Shown piece after piece: positions 62,595 to 64,000 of a stretch of 64,000 nt of DNA. Source of the stretch: Diadema antillarum (taxonomy: Eukaryota); NCBI RefSeq assembly GCF_040938485.1, contig NW_027271245.1:62001-126000 (forward strand). Reading direction: 5' to 3'. How positions within the stretch are numbered: the stretch's first letter is position 1; every line of letters begins with the position of its first letter. The notes under the pieces were generated by a model. The model saw only the letters and a program-made list of their open reading frames with translations, was not told where the DNA came from and did not search any database. A program made the translations under genes and the position numbers.

Positions 62595-64000
62595 TACACA
62601 GTGATTGAGGGATGAATTTTTTCATACACACTATTGGATAAAGAAAAGGCTAATGAAGGCTATTAAGAAAACATACATAATGAGGCATATCACTGATAGA
62701 GTCATAGCACTAGAACCATACATGGCATATTTATTGAATATCAATGGCTATCCATATTTACAATCGTGTACAAAAAACAAACATGCAACTCTCTGAAGGG
62801 GCAATGCATGGTATTACCATAGTCCAGAACTTACAGTCTACCATCTAAATGTACATAATTTGTCTTTTACCTTTCCAGGATTACTGGTTTCTTTTCCAAA
62901 TCATGAGAATGGAGAACATTTCTGTCACAAGTTACAAATGATACCCTGGTATTGATGCAGAAGGATGTCCATGCACATTAGTTCAAATGTTTGTATACAT
63001 GCATGATGATGATGAGTACTACAATTACAACTGGTTGGACAAAAAAAAAAATCAAGTGCTCCCACTAAATATTCTTGATTTTGAAAAGTAGTGACCAGGG
63101 CACTGACATTGCAAAACATTTCAAACTTGCTTTGGCAATCATTTTACTCAGCAACATTTGATACAGATGAAGTAACTGAATGCTGCCTTTTGCAAGGAAA
63201 ATCTGAAGTCAACATGAGTGCATGTTAAATCAATTCTCAAAATTTGATAAGAATTACCTGACAAAGATTTCAGTCGTGTGAGGCATTCCTGATCCATTAT
63301 AAACATCATTGCATCAGATTTTACCATGGAAAGGCAAGAAAGCATGTGGCCAGAAAAATGACATTTTTTACTTGAATCATTTAAATAACTTCCATTTCAT
63401 CATCAGCATCAACAACCTATTATATATATTTGCAGCTCAGGTTTGTTTTTCCTTTTCCTTTTTCTAAAAAAATGTGCATAAATGTTTCAAAAGCTCCTGG
63501 AAATATGCTTGCTTAAAATCAGTTTAATGTTGAAGTGCAGGTAATGGTACAGATGTTTCCTCATTTCATACTTTATTTCACAGAGGGCCTAAACTTGCAA
63601 TAATCAATTCAAACAAAATACATGTAGCTTACCAGTATTCAAAACTGTGAACTTGCAATGAATGTAGCATTCTTACAAAGGAAGTAAACTATCAAAATTT
63701 ATTTCTTTTTTAAAGAAACACTGTTTGAAATTGGATTATTAGAATCTGGAAAATTAAATGTAAATTGATGAAAGTCATCTGATCTGTTACTTCCCGAATT
63801 CAAAGAGCCAGAGTAAGCAAATTCTACAGGCATTTTTATATTTTATTTTAATCTAGATTGTTGCAGCACATTTAGAAATGTAATTCATTCACTGAGATAA
63901 AAGTAGCATAACTACCCAAGCTTTCATTTGTTCAACCCTTTCAGTCTCTTGGCAACATGATTACATTCACTGTCAACTGGACTTCAGGCTGGTTGTTGTG

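Noticed and set aside
62870-63690. Possible minus-strand exons of a neighbouring gene (donor-like sites at ~62870, ~63258, ~63630)
   Set aside because: No convincing open frames or acceptors could be linked.

Overview
AT-rich, intron-containing metazoan DNA. The TE mix (Kolobok-like, piggyBac-like and Tc1-like MITEs, a Helentron-like element, Academ, RTE, L2/CR1, an LTR element) suggests a marine invertebrate, possibly a sea urchin; this is an inference. The main host content is a cluster of six paralogues of one gene family that I cannot name. Two lie on the minus strand (P1 9027-11065, P2 19242-22556) and four on the plus strand (P3 26295-28265, P4 29045-30286, P5 41899-43064, P6 57960-59918). 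Each has two coding exons split by a phase-1 intron at the same Gly codon. Each encodes a ~150-aa alternating beta/alpha domain (signature ILCHSIxxRRFxITDVxDxLYxxFL...GK/RxN/SxxVIxxDF...QPxTF...CG/SGR/KL/MD) followed by a highly divergent, usually hydrophobic C-terminal tail. Five paralogues, plus a probable seventh beyond the left edge, are preceded by an NF-kB-type site (GGGGAATCCCC or a close variant) and a GTAA splice donor 190-450 bp away, consistent with a non-coding first exon. The working hypothesis is an NF-kB-responsive tandem family of TIR/flavodoxin-like, mostly membrane-anchored proteins. The spacers are filled with TEs. These include a full-length RTE LINE flanked by target-site duplications with a candidate -1 frameshift, a 1.96-kb non-autonomous LTR element with a tRNA-Ser-type PBS, and a Helentron-like element carrying a 157-bp tandem array.
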